Below are positions 1-10,091 of a stretch of 64,000 nt of DNA, piece after piece. Positions within the stretch are counted from its first letter, which is position 1, and every line of letters begins with the position of its first letter. Origin of the DNA: Candidatus Entotheonellaceae bacterium (GTDB taxonomy: Bacteria; Tectomicrobia; Entotheonellia; Entotheonellales; Entotheonellaceae); contig OZ250173.1 of NCBI GenBank assembly GCA_965238075.1, positions 416,001 through 480,000 on the forward strand, read 5' to 3'. The position numbers and the translations under genes are program-made. Below the pieces are notes generated by a model that saw nothing but the letters and a program-made list of their open reading frames with translations, was not told the DNA's origin and made no database searches.

Positions 1-789
1 CAATAACCGGATGCTATACAACCGCGCGCTGGAACGGCTCTTCGTGTGGCGCGACTGCGCCTCAAAACTAAGCCCGACAATGGTTGGCGCTTGGTGGTGC
101 TTACGCCAATAGTCGGGAAACTGCTCTCGGAAGCAATCCAACAGATTAACCCGATCGGTGAACACGCCGCCCTCGCCGCCGCTGCGCAGCGCGATGTATT
201 TCACGTGTGGGTATACGCACATGATCCGGACGTCCACCGGGCCCTCTCGCGGCGGGATGCAGGTGTAAGTATCGCCGACGGTCTCCGTCTCGCCCCAGAA
301 GAAAGCCAGCATACGCGGCAGATCGGGACGGCCGGTGGTGGGCAACTTGTCCCCGAAAAGAACCTGAACGACGATGGCACGGTCGTTGAGCTTATATAGG
401 TCCATGGCGGCGGCGCTGGGAAACGCCTCAATGCCCCAGACCAATTCCAACACGGGGAATTCCTGCGGGTCCAGATTGACTTCACTGCCCCAAATGAAGA
501 ACGACTCGTCAGTCGCGACGCGCAGGAACCGATTCTGAGGCGGCCCCGCAAAGTCCAGGGGTTTGCCTTTTCCGATCAACACAACCGGCCACACCTGCTC
601 CCAGCCGTTTTTTCGCAGCCATCTATTCGCCGAAACGGTCGGCGCCTCCGTCCCGTTGGAGGCGCGGACATCTGCCTCTGGCATATCGGAAAAGCGCACG
701 GTATATGCCTTCGGGGCTGTCCACGCCACGGTGCTCACCAAATAGAGGACGCTCAGCACCAACATCGCTCGCTGCCAGATTCCTCGCAC
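1..789 (-). CDS. DUF3047-like secreted protein (3' end runs off window)
   Basis: Not in ORF track because it has no stop in the window. Manual translation from GTG 789 (or ATG 765) is open to base 1: signal-like MRGIWQRAMLVLSVLYLVSTVAWTA, then ...LELVWGIE...DRAIVVQVLFG...RMLAFFWGE...VKYIALRSG...NLLDCFREQF...IVGLSFEAQSRHTKSRSSA, which fits the DUF3047 pattern. Co-oriented directly after mpl. Confidence 0.65.
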   Translation of the reverse strand, partial: MRGIWQRAMLVLSVLYLVSTVAWTAPKAYTVRFSDMPEADVRASNGTEAPTVSANRWLRKNGWEQVWPVVLIGKGKPLDFAGPPQNRFLRVATDESFFIWGSEVNLDPQEFPVLELVWGIEAFPSAAAMDLYKLNDRAIVVQVLFGDKLPTTGRPDLPRMLAFFWGETETVGDTYTCIPPREGPVDVRIMCVYPHVKYIALRSGGEGGVFTDRVNLLDCFREQFPDYWRKHHQAPTIVGLSFEAQSRHTKSRSSARLYSIRLL

Positions 790-811
790 GCCAAGCTTCC
801 TCGTAAGGGGG

Positions 812-2236
812 TTACGCCTCAGCTTTTTGCCGCAACGCCGTGAGAAACCGCTCATGGATGTTATCAAAACCACCGTTGGACATGACGACCACCAAGTCCC
901 CATCCTGTGCCTCGCCCGACACCTGCGCAATGATGGCCGCGGTGTCCGGATGGAACCACGCCGCCACCCCGCGCGCCCTCAACGCCTCTATCAACTGCTG
1001 TTCCGACAGCCGCTGGTCGGCCGCAAGCTCCTCTTTGCGGAACACCTCGGCGATGATCACGCAGTCAGCGCGGCTCAGCGCATCGACGTAAGCCTCCTGA
1101 AACACCTTGCGTCGAGTCGTCGCGGTGCGCGGCTCGAAAACGGCCCACACACGGGCCCCGGGGTACGCCTGCCGCAGACCCTCCAGGGTCACGCCGACGG
1201 CCGTCGGGTGATGCGCGAAATCGTCGATAACCGTAACGCCGCCGACCTCGCCGCGCACCTCACACCGCCGCTTGAGGCTGGCAAAGCTCGCCAGCCCCGA
1301 GGCAATGTGTTCTTTCGGGACCCCTAGCCGGTGCGCGACGGCAATCGCCGCCAGGGCGTTACACACGTTGTGGCGGCCGAACAGCGTCGTCACGAAACGC
1401 CCGAACCCTTTGCCGCCGTGGAGAACCTCCATCACCGTGCCGCCCTCCCCGGCGCCCCACTCAGCCGCCTGCCAGTCGGCGCCCGCTTGCAGACCGTACG
1501 TCTGCACGCTGCCCGCAATCGCCTCCTCGGCGCATAAGGAGCGCACGCCGGGGTCGTCGGCGCACGCAATCAGGCAGCCCTCAGCGGGCAACAGACGTAC
1601 GAACCGCGCGAAAGCCGACCGCACGTGCGCCAAGTCCCGGTAGATGTCGGCGTGGTCGAACTCCAAGGCCGTCAATACCGCCGTGCGCGGACGGTAATGC
1701 AGGAACTTGGGGCCCTTGTCGAAATAGGCGCTGTCGTATTCGTCGCCTTCCACGACGACGTGCTCCCCTCCTCCCAGGCGAATGGGGGTGGGAAAATTGC
1801 GCATCACGGCACCGACGAAAAAGCCGGGTTCGCAGCCGGCATGATCCAGCAGCCAGGCGATCAATGCCGTCGTGGTGCTCTTGCCGTGCGTGCCAGCGAC
1901 CACCACGGCATGCCGCTCGCCGATGAGAAAATGGGCCAACGCTTGCGGAAACGACATCACGGGAACGCCGGCCTTTGCCGCCGCTTCGGCCTCGGGATTA
2001 CCCCGCGACACGGCGTTACCCACGACAACCAGATCGGGGTGCGGTTGCAGGTGGGCGGCCTTGAATCCCTCGTACAACGGGATACCCCAGTCGTGCAGCT
2101 GCGTGGACATCGGCGGGTAGATGTGCTGATCGGAACCAGTGACCCGGTGACCGAGGCTCTTCAGGAGAACGGCTAGGCTACCCATGCCCGTGCCGCAGAT
2201 GGCGATAAGGTGGATGTGCTGCGGGCGTAGAGTCAC
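812..2236 (-). CDS. mpl: UDP-N-acetylmuramate:L-Ala-gamma-D-Glu-meso-DAP ligase (murein peptide ligase)
   Basis: IHLIAICGTGMGSLA, YPPMSTQL, AGTHGKSTT, EGDEYDSAYFDKGPKFLHY, DDFAHHP, MSNGGFDNIH are Mpl hallmarks. Confidence 0.93.
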   Translation of the reverse strand: MTLRPQHIHLIAICGTGMGSLAVLLKSLGHRVTGSDQHIYPPMSTQLHDWGIPLYEGFKAAHLQPHPDLVVVGNAVSRGNPEAEAAAKAGVPVMSFPQALAHFLIGERHAVVVAGTHGKSTTTALIAWLLDHAGCEPGFFVGAVMRNFPTPIRLGGGEHVVVEGDEYDSAYFDKGPKFLHYRPRTAVLTALEFDHADIYRDLAHVRSAFARFVRLLPAEGCLIACADDPGVRSLCAEEAIAGSVQTYGLQAGADWQAAEWGAGEGGTVMEVLHGGKGFGRFVTTLFGRHNVCNALAAIAVAHRLGVPKEHIASGLASFASLKRRCEVRGEVGGVTVIDDFAHHPTAVGVTLEGLRQAYPGARVWAVFEPRTATTRRKVFQEAYVDALSRADCVIIAEVFRKEELAADQRLSEQQLIEALRARGVAAWFHPDTAAIIAQVSGEAQDGDLVVVMSNGGFDNIHERFLTALRQKAEA

Positions 2237-3327
2237 GCGGCGGCAACTCCCAAGGCGTGCATGGCGAGGTCGTGCACCCGCGGGCGCAGCCGGGCGATAC
2301 TGTCGGCCCGACGCGATGGATGCACACGATTGGTGCAGAGAACGACGCTGACCTGCCGCTCAAGGTCGATCCAAAGGCTACACCCCGTGAACCCCAAATG
2401 TCCAACGGCATTGGCGCTGAAAAACGATCCGGCGCTGGATCGTCCGGGCGTCGGCGTGTCCCATCCCAGCGCCCGCGTGGTGCCCGGCGGAGCGGCCTGC
2501 CGCTGCCAACTCTGACGCAGCAGCGCGGCCGGCAGCCAGTCGCGCCGGCCGGCCGCGGCCTCCAGCATGGCGTGGGCAAATTCCCACACCCCGGCGGCGG
2601 TGGCGAACAGGCCGGCGTGCGCGGCAACACCGCCCATGGCCCAGGCATTGGCGTCGTGCACCTCACCCGACAACACCCGCCCGCGCCAGTCACAACGCTC
2701 CGTTGCAGCGAAATCCGACGGATCACCGCCGGCCTCCGCTGTGTCCAGGGGTCGGTACGTAACCCGGTTCAGACCTAAAGTCCGGGCCACCCGTTGCTCG
2801 AACAGGACGTCGAGCGGCTGCTCATAGCGCGTTTCCAGAATATCGCCGAGCACGATGAACCCCAAATCGCTGTAGACCGATGCCTGCCCCGGTCGGTAGA
2901 CCAGCGGTTCCTGCAATATCAACGCCGCCGCCCGGCGCCGACGCTCCCGCCCCGTGCCGTCAGCTCCTAACCTGGCATACAGGCGCGACCAGTCGGCAAA
3001 CCCGCCGCTGTGCGAAAGTAGTTGCCGCACGGTAACCGCGCCCGCATCGCCCGGCGCGGCGGGGTAGAAACGCCGCAGCGGATCGTCCAACTTCAGGACG
3101 CCGTCCCGATGCGCCCCCAGCACCAGTGGCGTGGTGGCCATCACCTTGGTCAGCGAGGCAAGATCGAACAGCGTTTCGCGCCGCATGGTACGCCGCTCCG
3201 GCACCCACGCCGCGGCGCCATACGCCTCGTGCCACACCACCTCGCCCCGATGCGCCACGCAGACAACGGCTCCGGGCACGTCGCCGCAGGCCACGGACTG
3301 CCGGAGGTAGGAATCAAGTTGCTGCAT
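2233..3327 (-). CDS. serine hydrolase, beta-lactamase class C/AmpC-like family
   Basis: FDLASLTK (SxxK), YSDLGF, GEVHDANA, HAGLF, GHLGFTG motifs; start taken at MQQLDS (alternative 3363). Confidence 0.88.
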   Translation of the reverse strand: MQQLDSYLRQSVACGDVPGAVVCVAHRGEVVWHEAYGAAAWVPERRTMRRETLFDLASLTKVMATTPLVLGAHRDGVLKLDDPLRRFYPAAPGDAGAVTVRQLLSHSGGFADWSRLYARLGADGTGRERRRRAAALILQEPLVYRPGQASVYSDLGFIVLGDILETRYEQPLDVLFEQRVARTLGLNRVTYRPLDTAEAGGDPSDFAATERCDWRGRVLSGEVHDANAWAMGGVAAHAGLFATAAGVWEFAHAMLEAAAGRRDWLPAALLRQSWQRQAAPPGTTRALGWDTPTPGRSSAGSFFSANAVGHLGFTGCSLWIDLERQVSVVLCTNRVHPSRRADSIARLRPRVHDLAMHALGVAAA

Positions 3328-3329
3328 GT

Positions 3330-4277
3330 TCAACAATCCCGCATTGTTACCGGCGATTCGCACAGCACCAGCCGCCCGCCGCGAATCGCCGCCCCGACGC
3401 CGAACGGCAAGGTCAGCGGCTGGGAGCAGTGGCCCGATGGAAAGCCATACAGAATCGGGATGTCCAGATCGCCCAGCACGTCGACGATGACGTCCTTGGC
3501 GTCGTAGGGCAGATGAGCGTCGGCCTCAACCCGTTCGATGCGCCCAAACACGAGACCGCGAACGCCCCGCAACAGGCCGGACAGTTTCAGCGTCGTCAGC
3601 AAACGGTCAATGGCGTATAGGCGCTCGCCCTTATCCTCCAGGAACAAAATAGCGTCCCGCGTGCATGGCTGGAACGGCGTGCCGATGGCGCAGGCGAACA
3701 CCGACAGACAACCGCCCCGCAAGCGCCCCTCGGCGTCGCCCGCGCGCAGCACCGCAAGGCCGTCCTGACAGGCATCCGGCGGTTGCATGGCCTCCATGTC
3801 CCCCGTCAGCACGCCCATCAATTGCCGCCGCGCTGCGATGCCCAGATCGCGGCGCAGATCGCCGCACACCACAGGGCCGTGCAGGGTTGCAAGTCCGCAG
3901 CGGGCATCGAGGTAGCACAGCAGGCTGGTGAGGTCACTGTAGCCCATGAATAGCTTGGGATTGGTGCGGATGGTGTTAGCGTCCAGGAGAGGCAGCAGCC
4001 GTTGCGAGCCGTAACCGCCGCGGCAACAGAAGATGGCCTTGATGCCCGGGTCGGCGAACAGGGTCTGCAACTCTGCGGCGCGCTCCGCGTCGTGCCCGGC
4101 GAGGTAGCGGTAGCGCTCGAACACGCGCGGCTCGTAGCGCACCCGGAAGCCCATGTCGTGCAGCACCTCGATGCCCTCGTGCAGCGCCTCCTCCCGAAAC
4201 GGGCTGGCTGGCGCCGCCAGGCCGATGCAGTCGCCTTCCCGCAGGGCGGCAGGCCGTACAACGGGCATGGCCCCCAT
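3330..4277 (-). CDS. ldcA: LD-carboxypeptidase (peptidase S66)
   Basis: APAS, RGGYGS, GYSD nucleophile, LFLED, SGH catalytic His; AGGAGG RBS. Confidence 0.9.
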   Translation of the reverse strand: MGAMPVVRPAALREGDCIGLAAPASPFREEALHEGIEVLHDMGFRVRYEPRVFERYRYLAGHDAERAAELQTLFADPGIKAIFCCRGGYGSQRLLPLLDANTIRTNPKLFMGYSDLTSLLCYLDARCGLATLHGPVVCGDLRRDLGIAARRQLMGVLTGDMEAMQPPDACQDGLAVLRAGDAEGRLRGGCLSVFACAIGTPFQPCTRDAILFLEDKGERLYAIDRLLTTLKLSGLLRGVRGLVFGRIERVEADAHLPYDAKDVIVDVLGDLDIPILYGFPSGHCSQPLTLPFGVGAAIRGGRLVLCESPVTMRDC

Positions 4278-4760
4278 CTAGCCTCCTCCTTTGACGCCAA
4301 GGTAGCCGGCCATCATGTCGAGCGCGTAATCGGCAATCTGTTCCTGAATAGCGTGCCGGTCGCCGTCGAACCGCGCCTCGGCAGCCAGCATGCCGGTCGG
4401 GGTGTGGAGGGCGAAATACGTCATCCCCAGCGGCTTAGGAGAGCGCCCGCGAATCGGGCCGGCGAGGCCCGTCTCAGCCAAGACAAGGTCGGCCTGGCTG
4501 AGGCGTTGCAACCCCACAGCCATGGCGCGGACCGACTCAATACTGACCACGCCGTATGCCTGCGTCACATCCGGGTCGATACCGAGTGCCTGGGCCTTCG
4601 CTGCCTGACTGTAGGCCACGATACCGCGGTCGAAATACGCCGAACTGCCTGGCAGGCGCACAAAACGCACCGAAATCAGACCGCCGGTGGTAGTCTCGGC
4701 AAGGGCCAGACGCCAGCCGCGTTCAATCAGACGGGCGGCGATGGTTGCTTCAATTGGCAT
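4278..4760 (-). CDS. CinA C-terminal / nicotinamide-mononucleotide deamidase (PncC-like)
   Basis: LALAETTTGG, PGSSAYF, AYSQAAK, YGVVS, ETGLAGP, FDGDRHAI. Confidence 0.85.
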   Translation of the reverse strand: MPIEATIAARLIERGWRLALAETTTGGLISVRFVRLPGSSAYFDRGIVAYSQAAKAQALGIDPDVTQAYGVVSIESVRAMAVGLQRLSQADLVLAETGLAGPIRGRSPKPLGMTYFALHTPTGMLAAEARFDGDRHAIQEQIADYALDMMAGYLGVKGGG

Positions 4761-4976
4761 GGGGGATTTCCTCGGCAGGCCGAAGACAGGCAACAAAAAG
4801 TGGACCCATTATAGCGGATACCGTCAAGGGGTCAGGGTGGCGGTTTCCGGTCCGGGCAGGGGTTGTGTACAATGGAGCCCGCTAAACCAATTGGCGGACA
4901 CAGGGCATAGGATTTGAATTTGTCCTACGGGTGCTGCGCCGCAAAAAGCGGGCGACCCAGACGAAAGGACATCGCA

Positions 4977-5810
4977 ATGCGAGGATTGGGCCGCTCCGCG
5001 GACGGCCGCCGCAGCCGGCGGCGAGCTTTGGTAACCGGCGCCTCGTCGGGGCTGGGCGCGGCATTCGCCGAGGCGCTGGCGCGGCGCGGCTTTGACTTAG
5101 TGATCGTTGCCCGGCGGCGCGAGCGGCTGCAAACCCTGGCCGAGGAGCTGCGCGATCGCTACGAGGTAGCCGTGCAGGTGCTGGTTGCTGATCTCACCCA
5201 GGCCGCGGACCTCCAGGCCGTCGAGAGCCACACGGCCAGTGACGCCGCCCTGACGATCCTGGTGAACAACGCCGGCTTCGGCACCACCGGGCGCTTCGCG
5301 GCGCTGGATCCGGACCGTGACGAAGCCGAGGTCCGCCTGAACGTCGTAGCGCTCTCCCGCCTCACCCGCGCCGCGCTGCCCGGCATGATCGCCCGCGGTC
5401 TGGGCGGCATCATCAACGTGTCGTCCGTGTCGGGGCTGCTGCCCGGCCCCTACCACGCCACCTACGGCGCCTCCAAGGCGTTCGTCAACAGTTTCACGGA
5501 GGCTCTGCACGAGGAACTGCGCGGCACCGGCGTGCGCGTGCAGGCCCTGTGCCCCGGTTTCACGCGCACCGAGTTCCAGGAACGCGCCGGCGTCGCTTCG
5601 CAGAACGTTCCGGCTTTCGCCTGGATGACTCCCGAATATGTCGTCGAAGCGTCGCTGACCGGCCTGCGCCGCGGCACGCTGGTGTGCGTACCCGGTCCAA
5701 TTTACCAAGTGCTGACGGCACTCATCACGGTATTGCCGCGTTCCTTGGTGCGCCGCTTGTACGGCATCACGTCGCGCCGGGCATTGAACCAAATGAGCGA
5801 ACGGATTTGA
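4977..5810 (+). CDS. short-chain dehydrogenase/reductase
   Basis: TGASSGLG, NNAGFG, YGASK; AAAGGA RBS before ATG 4977. Confidence 0.9.
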   Translation: MRGLGRSADGRRSRRRALVTGASSGLGAAFAEALARRGFDLVIVARRRERLQTLAEELRDRYEVAVQVLVADLTQAADLQAVESHTASDAALTILVNNAGFGTTGRFAALDPDRDEAEVRLNVVALSRLTRAALPGMIARGLGGIINVSSVSGLLPGPYHATYGASKAFVNSFTEALHEELRGTGVRVQALCPGFTRTEFQERAGVASQNVPAFAWMTPEYVVEASLTGLRRGTLVCVPGPIYQVLTALITVLPRSLVRRLYGITSRRALNQMSERI

Positions 5811-5843
5811 ACCCCCGCCCCTGCGGGCATGAAGGAAGAACCC

Positions 5844-6254
5844 ATGGATATCGCAAAGGCGCAGCAATTCCTGCGCGCCAACGAATGCGCGGTTCTGGCA
5901 ACCACCCGCCGCAACGGCCAGATCCAGATGTCGCCGGTCACCGTCGGCCTCGACGCCGAAGGGCGGACGATCATCAGTAGCCGCGAGACCGCCTACAAGG
6001 TCCGCAATCTCCGCCGCCATCCGCAGGCATCCCTGTGCGTGTTTGTGGACGAATTTACCGGCCCGTGGGTGCAGGTCAACGGCACCGCCGAAATCATCTC
6101 CCTGCCGGAAGCCATGGACCTGCTGGTGGATTACTATCGCCAGATCGCAGGCGAGCACCCCGACTGGGATGACTACCGCCGCGCCATGCAGCGCGACCAG
6201 CGGGTGCTCATCCGCATCACCATTGAAAGCGCCGGACCCGACCACAAGGGATAA
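5844..6254 (+). CDS. PPOX-class F420-dependent oxidoreductase
   Basis: VLATTRRNG.IQMSPV, AYKVRNLRRHP.ASLCV, EHPDWDDYRRAM. Confidence 0.85.
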   Translation: MDIAKAQQFLRANECAVLATTRRNGQIQMSPVTVGLDAEGRTIISSRETAYKVRNLRRHPQASLCVFVDEFTGPWVQVNGTAEIISLPEAMDLLVDYYRQIAGEHPDWDDYRRAMQRDQRVLIRITIESAGPDHKG

Positions 6255-6289
6255 CACGGCGGCCAACCAAAACCCCCACGGAGTTTCTC

Positions 6290-8062
6290 ATGGGTCTGGA
6301 ATCCGCCATCACGCTGGCCGTGATCGGGGTCCTGCTGGGTCTTCTGATCTTCACACGGCTGTCGCCCCACCTCATTCTGTTGGGCGGCCTGACACTCCTT
6401 TTCACCCTTGGTATCGTCACCGAGAAAGACGTGCTGGCGGGATTCGCCAATCCCGGCATGGTCACCGTCGCGGTGCTGTTCGCGGTGGTCACCGGCCTGC
6501 GCGAGACCGCCGCCATGCACTGGCTGGCGGAGCCGCTGCTCGGGCGGCCGCACTCGCTCGGCGCCGCGCAGGCCCGCATCATGGGGCCAGTGGCAGTGCT
6601 GAGCGCCTTTATGAACAACACCCCCCTGGTAGCCGCCATGCTCCCCGTTTTGAACGATTGGGCGCGCAAGCACGGCATTTCCATTTCCAAGCTGCTCATC
6701 CCGCTCTCCTTCGCCTCCATCCTCGGCGGCGCCTGCACGCTCATCGGCACGAGCACGATCCTCGTAGTCAACGGCCTGGTTCTGTCCGAGCTCGGCGCCG
6801 ACAAGGGTCTCAGCATGTTCGGCATCACCGCCGTCACCCTGCCCTGCGCCGTGGTGGGCCTGGCGTTCCTGTTGCTGTGCAGCAGTCGCCTGCTCCCGGA
6901 TCGTCGGCCAGTCCTCAGCCCACAAGACGACGTGCGACAGTACACGGTGGAGATGGTGGTGTCGGATGGCAGTCACTTGGCGGGCAAGTCGATCGAGGAA
7001 GCTGGCCTGCGCCATCTGCCGGGGCTCTATCTGATGGAAATCGAGCGCATGAGGGAGGTGCTGCCGGCGGTATCGTCCAACGTGGTGCTGCGCGAGCAGG
7101 ACCGGCTGGTGTTCGTGGGGATTGTCGAATCGGTGGTTGACTTGCAGAAAATTCGCGGCCTCGAACCCGCCACCAATCAGGTCTACAAGATCGACGAACC
7201 GCGTCCGAATCGCCGCCTCGTCGAGGCCGTCGTATCCGACACCTGCCCCATCATCGGCCAAACGATTCGCCGCGGGCAGTTCCGCAGCCGCTATCACGCC
7301 GCCGTCATTGCCGTGGCGCGCAACGGGCAACGTCTCCCCGGCAAGGTCGGGGATATTGTTCTGCAGGCGGGCGACACGCTGTTGCTGGAAGCCCGCGCCT
7401 CGTTCACCGACCAGCAGCGCAACAGCCGCGATTTTTACCTGGTCTCGCAGATCGAAGACTCGGCGCCGCCGCGCCACGAAAAAGCGCCCCTGGCATTGCT
7501 GCTGCTCGGGGTCATGATTCTGGCGGTCACATTGACGCCTATGAGCATGCTTAACGCCGCCTTGATCGTCACCGGGCTGATGATCGCTACCGGCTGTTGT
7601 ACCGCGGCGGCGGCCCTGCGCAGCGTCGATTGGCAGATGCTGCTCGTCATCGCAGCGTCACTCGGCATCGGACGCGCCATGGAAACGAGCGGCGCGGCCA
7701 CCTGGATTACCACCGGGCTGCTGTCGATGGCGGGCAGCGAGCCGCGCCTGCTGTTGGCGGTGATTTGCGGCGTAACCATGTTGTTCACCAACATTATCAA
7801 CGCTAAAGCCGCAGCGGTGTTGATGTTCCCCATTGCCGTGCACGCCGCCGGCACGCTGGGGATCGACCCCATGCCTTTCGCCATTGCCATCATGATCGGC
7901 TCGGCGGCGAGCTTCGTCACTCCCATCGGTTATCAGACCAACCTGATGGTCTTCGGACCGGGCGGGTATCGCTTCAGCGATTACGTCAAACTGGGATTGC
8001 CGCTCAGCATCCTGGTGTGGGGCACGGCGGTGCTACTCATTCCGATGTTCTGGGAATTTTAG
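6290..8062 (+). CDS. SLC13/CitMHS-type permease with TrkA-C domains
   Basis: Multiple TM segments, SAFMNNTP, TLIGTSTIL, two TrkA-C repeats, TPIGYQTNLMV.GPGGYRFSDY. Confidence 0.88.
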   Translation: MGLESAITLAVIGVLLGLLIFTRLSPHLILLGGLTLLFTLGIVTEKDVLAGFANPGMVTVAVLFAVVTGLRETAAMHWLAEPLLGRPHSLGAAQARIMGPVAVLSAFMNNTPLVAAMLPVLNDWARKHGISISKLLIPLSFASILGGACTLIGTSTILVVNGLVLSELGADKGLSMFGITAVTLPCAVVGLAFLLLCSSRLLPDRRPVLSPQDDVRQYTVEMVVSDGSHLAGKSIEEAGLRHLPGLYLMEIERMREVLPAVSSNVVLREQDRLVFVGIVESVVDLQKIRGLEPATNQVYKIDEPRPNRRLVEAVVSDTCPIIGQTIRRGQFRSRYHAAVIAVARNGQRLPGKVGDIVLQAGDTLLLEARASFTDQQRNSRDFYLVSQIEDSAPPRHEKAPLALLLLGVMILAVTLTPMSMLNAALIVTGLMIATGCCTAAAALRSVDWQMLLVIAASLGIGRAMETSGAATWITTGLLSMAGSEPRLLLAVICGVTMLFTNIINAKAAAVLMFPIAVHAAGTLGIDPMPFAIAIMIGSAASFVTPIGYQTNLMVFGPGGYRFSDYVKLGLPLSILVWGTAVLLIPMFWEF

Positions 8063-8073
8063 GCGGGAAAAAT

Positions 8074-8098
8074 CGGGCGGGTTGGGGAAACCCGCCCG
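8074..8098. terminator. hairpin between convergent genes
   Basis: CGGGCGGGTT-GGGGA-AACCCGCCCG, 10-bp stem. Confidence 0.55.
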
Positions 8099-8105
8099 CG
8101 CAGCG

Positions 8106-9329
8106 TTACGCCAAGGGCGCCGGTACCGCCCGCTCCGCCGCGGGTTCCGGCCACCAGTGATCCTCGTACTCGCTCCACATGCTCTTCATGTGGGGCATCA
8201 CTTCCTTGGCGAACAGTTCCGTGTTGTAGCGCGTCAATTCCGGCGGCATGCTGCCGAAATGGCACAGGACCATCAGGTGGCCGACGCGCATGTCGCGCAT
8301 GGCTTCCGAGAGCTGCTGCCGCACAGTCTCCGGACTGCCGCCGATCACGTAGCCCTGCTCCACGAAATCCTTCCAGGTGAGATTGTCGCGCGCCTGCGTG
8401 GCCGCGGCGCCAAACTGCGGCTTGAAACCGCGCCGCAGCGTCTCCACGGTGCGATAGCCCGGCGCGTCGGCAAAACCTTCATAGATGTGCAGGCAGCGGT
8501 TGTAGAAATAATCGGCGTGCTCCGCGTACAGCTTCTCGGCCTGCGCGTCGGTATCGGCGACCGCCACAAGCTGCAGGAACCCGACCCGGTACGGATTGGG
8601 ATCCACACCGCGTTGGTCCACCACCTCCCAGAAGCCGTCCAACACGTTCTTGCCGCGTTTGTAGCCGAAATAGCTCAGGTAACAATAACAGTAATCGTGT
8701 TCCAGGCACCAATCCCACGTTTCAATGCTGCCGCCGCCGGGAATCCAGATCGGCGGATGCGGTTTCTGCAGCGGGCGCGGCCAGATGTTGACGTAGCGCA
8801 ACTGGGTGTGCTTGCCGTTGAACGGGAAGGGCTCGGGGCGCGTCCACGCCTGGATAATCAGATCGTGCGCTTCGCGGTATTTGTCGCGCAGAGAGGCGGG
8901 CGCCTGGCCGTACGCAAAATTGGTATCCATCGAGCTGCCGACAGGGAAACCAGCCACCAGCCGCCCGCCGCTCATGACATCGAGCATGGCGAACTCTTCC
9001 GCCACCCGTACCGGCGGGTTGTACAACGCGATGGAGTTGCCCAGCACTACCAAGGCCGCCTTGGAGGTGCGTCGCGTCAGCGCCGCGGCCATCAGGTTCG
9101 GCGACGGCATCAGGCCGTAAGCGTTGGCATGGTGCTCGTTCACGCACAAGCCGTCGAAGCCGGACTGCTCGGCGAATTCCAACTCATCCAGATAATCGTT
9201 ATAAACGGTGTGTCCCTTTTCCGGATCATACAATTCACTGGGCACGTCGACCCACACGCTGCGGTATTTCTGCTTAAAATCGTCCGGCAGATACGGGTAG
9301 GGCATGAGGTGGAACCAATTCACTTTCAT
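8106..9329 (-). CDS. LLM-class (luciferase-like) flavin-dependent oxidoreductase
   Basis: MKVNWFHLMPY start with AGGAGG RBS; NEHH, PSPNL, RVAEEFAMLDVMSGGRL, WPRPLQKPHPPIW. Confidence 0.9.
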   Translation of the reverse strand: MKVNWFHLMPYPYLPDDFKQKYRSVWVDVPSELYDPEKGHTVYNDYLDELEFAEQSGFDGLCVNEHHANAYGLMPSPNLMAAALTRRTSKAALVVLGNSIALYNPPVRVAEEFAMLDVMSGGRLVAGFPVGSSMDTNFAYGQAPASLRDKYREAHDLIIQAWTRPEPFPFNGKHTQLRYVNIWPRPLQKPHPPIWIPGGGSIETWDWCLEHDYCYCYLSYFGYKRGKNVLDGFWEVVDQRGVDPNPYRVGFLQLVAVADTDAQAEKLYAEHADYFYNRCLHIYEGFADAPGYRTVETLRRGFKPQFGAAATQARDNLTWKDFVEQGYVIGGSPETVRQQLSEAMRDMRVGHLMVLCHFGSMPPELTRYNTELFAKEVMPHMKSMWSEYEDHWWPEPAAERAVPAPLA

Positions 9330-9464
9330 TACGAGCGCCTCCTGTCTGGAAAGCTTGCCATCGTCTTCTCGGGACCGCCCCGTAAGAGCGGCATCATACG
9401 CCACCGCTTGCAAAGCTGTCAAAACACCCATACCGCGCTTCACCCGGGTGCATGGCTCGCCAAA

Positions 9465-9493
9465 TTGACACGAACCGGCGACTTGTGTAAGGT
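9465..9493 (+). promoter_or_regulatory. sigma70-type promoter for tRNA-Gly
   Basis: TTGACA-17 nt-TAAGGT with TG extension. Confidence 0.5.
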
Positions 9494-9516
9494 CACGGCG
9501 CCATACGCCATACCGA

Positions 9517-9588
<72 letters not shown>

Positions 9589-9617
9589 TCTTTCCTTTTG
9601 CCGTTCCCTGCTTTCCG

Positions 9618-10070
9618 TTGAGGCCGCGCGTGTTTTATCGCTGGTTCCTGTGCCTGACCATTCCCCTCTTCTTGCTGACCGCCTGCATTCCCGAACCGCT
9701 CGACTTGGCTCTCCAGGGCAAATTGCCCGAGGGAGAGAACAACACGGTCATTACCACCTATTGCCAGACGTGCCATATTCACCGCACCTTCGAAGCGGCA
9801 AACCACGCCCCGCGCATGCAAGCCCTCTATGACCGCGAGCCGTACACGGCGGCCACGCAGTGCCGCGCCTGCCATCTGGTGGGCGAAAACACCTGGGGCA
9901 TGAAATCCCGCAAGACTCTCTTCCCCGCCGACGTGGCCGGCAATCGCTTCGCCGCTTCCGAACGAGGTCTTCCCAAACGGGGCCTCATCAGAAAGATCTC
10001 GGATTTCTTGACTCCGTCTTCCAAACGCGGGGATGCGCTGGAAGCCGAGCCGCAGGGTGCGAACGAATAA
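9618..10070 (+). CDS. putative diheme c-type cytochrome lipoprotein
   Basis: C-terminal part of the spurious 8082-10070 ORF. TTG start gives MRPRVFYRWFLCLTIPLFLLTA-C (lipobox LTAC); two CxxCH motifs, CQTCH and CRACH. Confidence 0.7.
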   Translation: MRPRVFYRWFLCLTIPLFLLTACIPEPLDLALQGKLPEGENNTVITTYCQTCHIHRTFEAANHAPRMQALYDREPYTAATQCRACHLVGENTWGMKSRKTLFPADVAGNRFAASERGLPKRGLIRKISDFLTPSSKRGDALEAEPQGANE

Positions 10071-10091
10071 CAGCGGCGAGGGAAGCTTATC

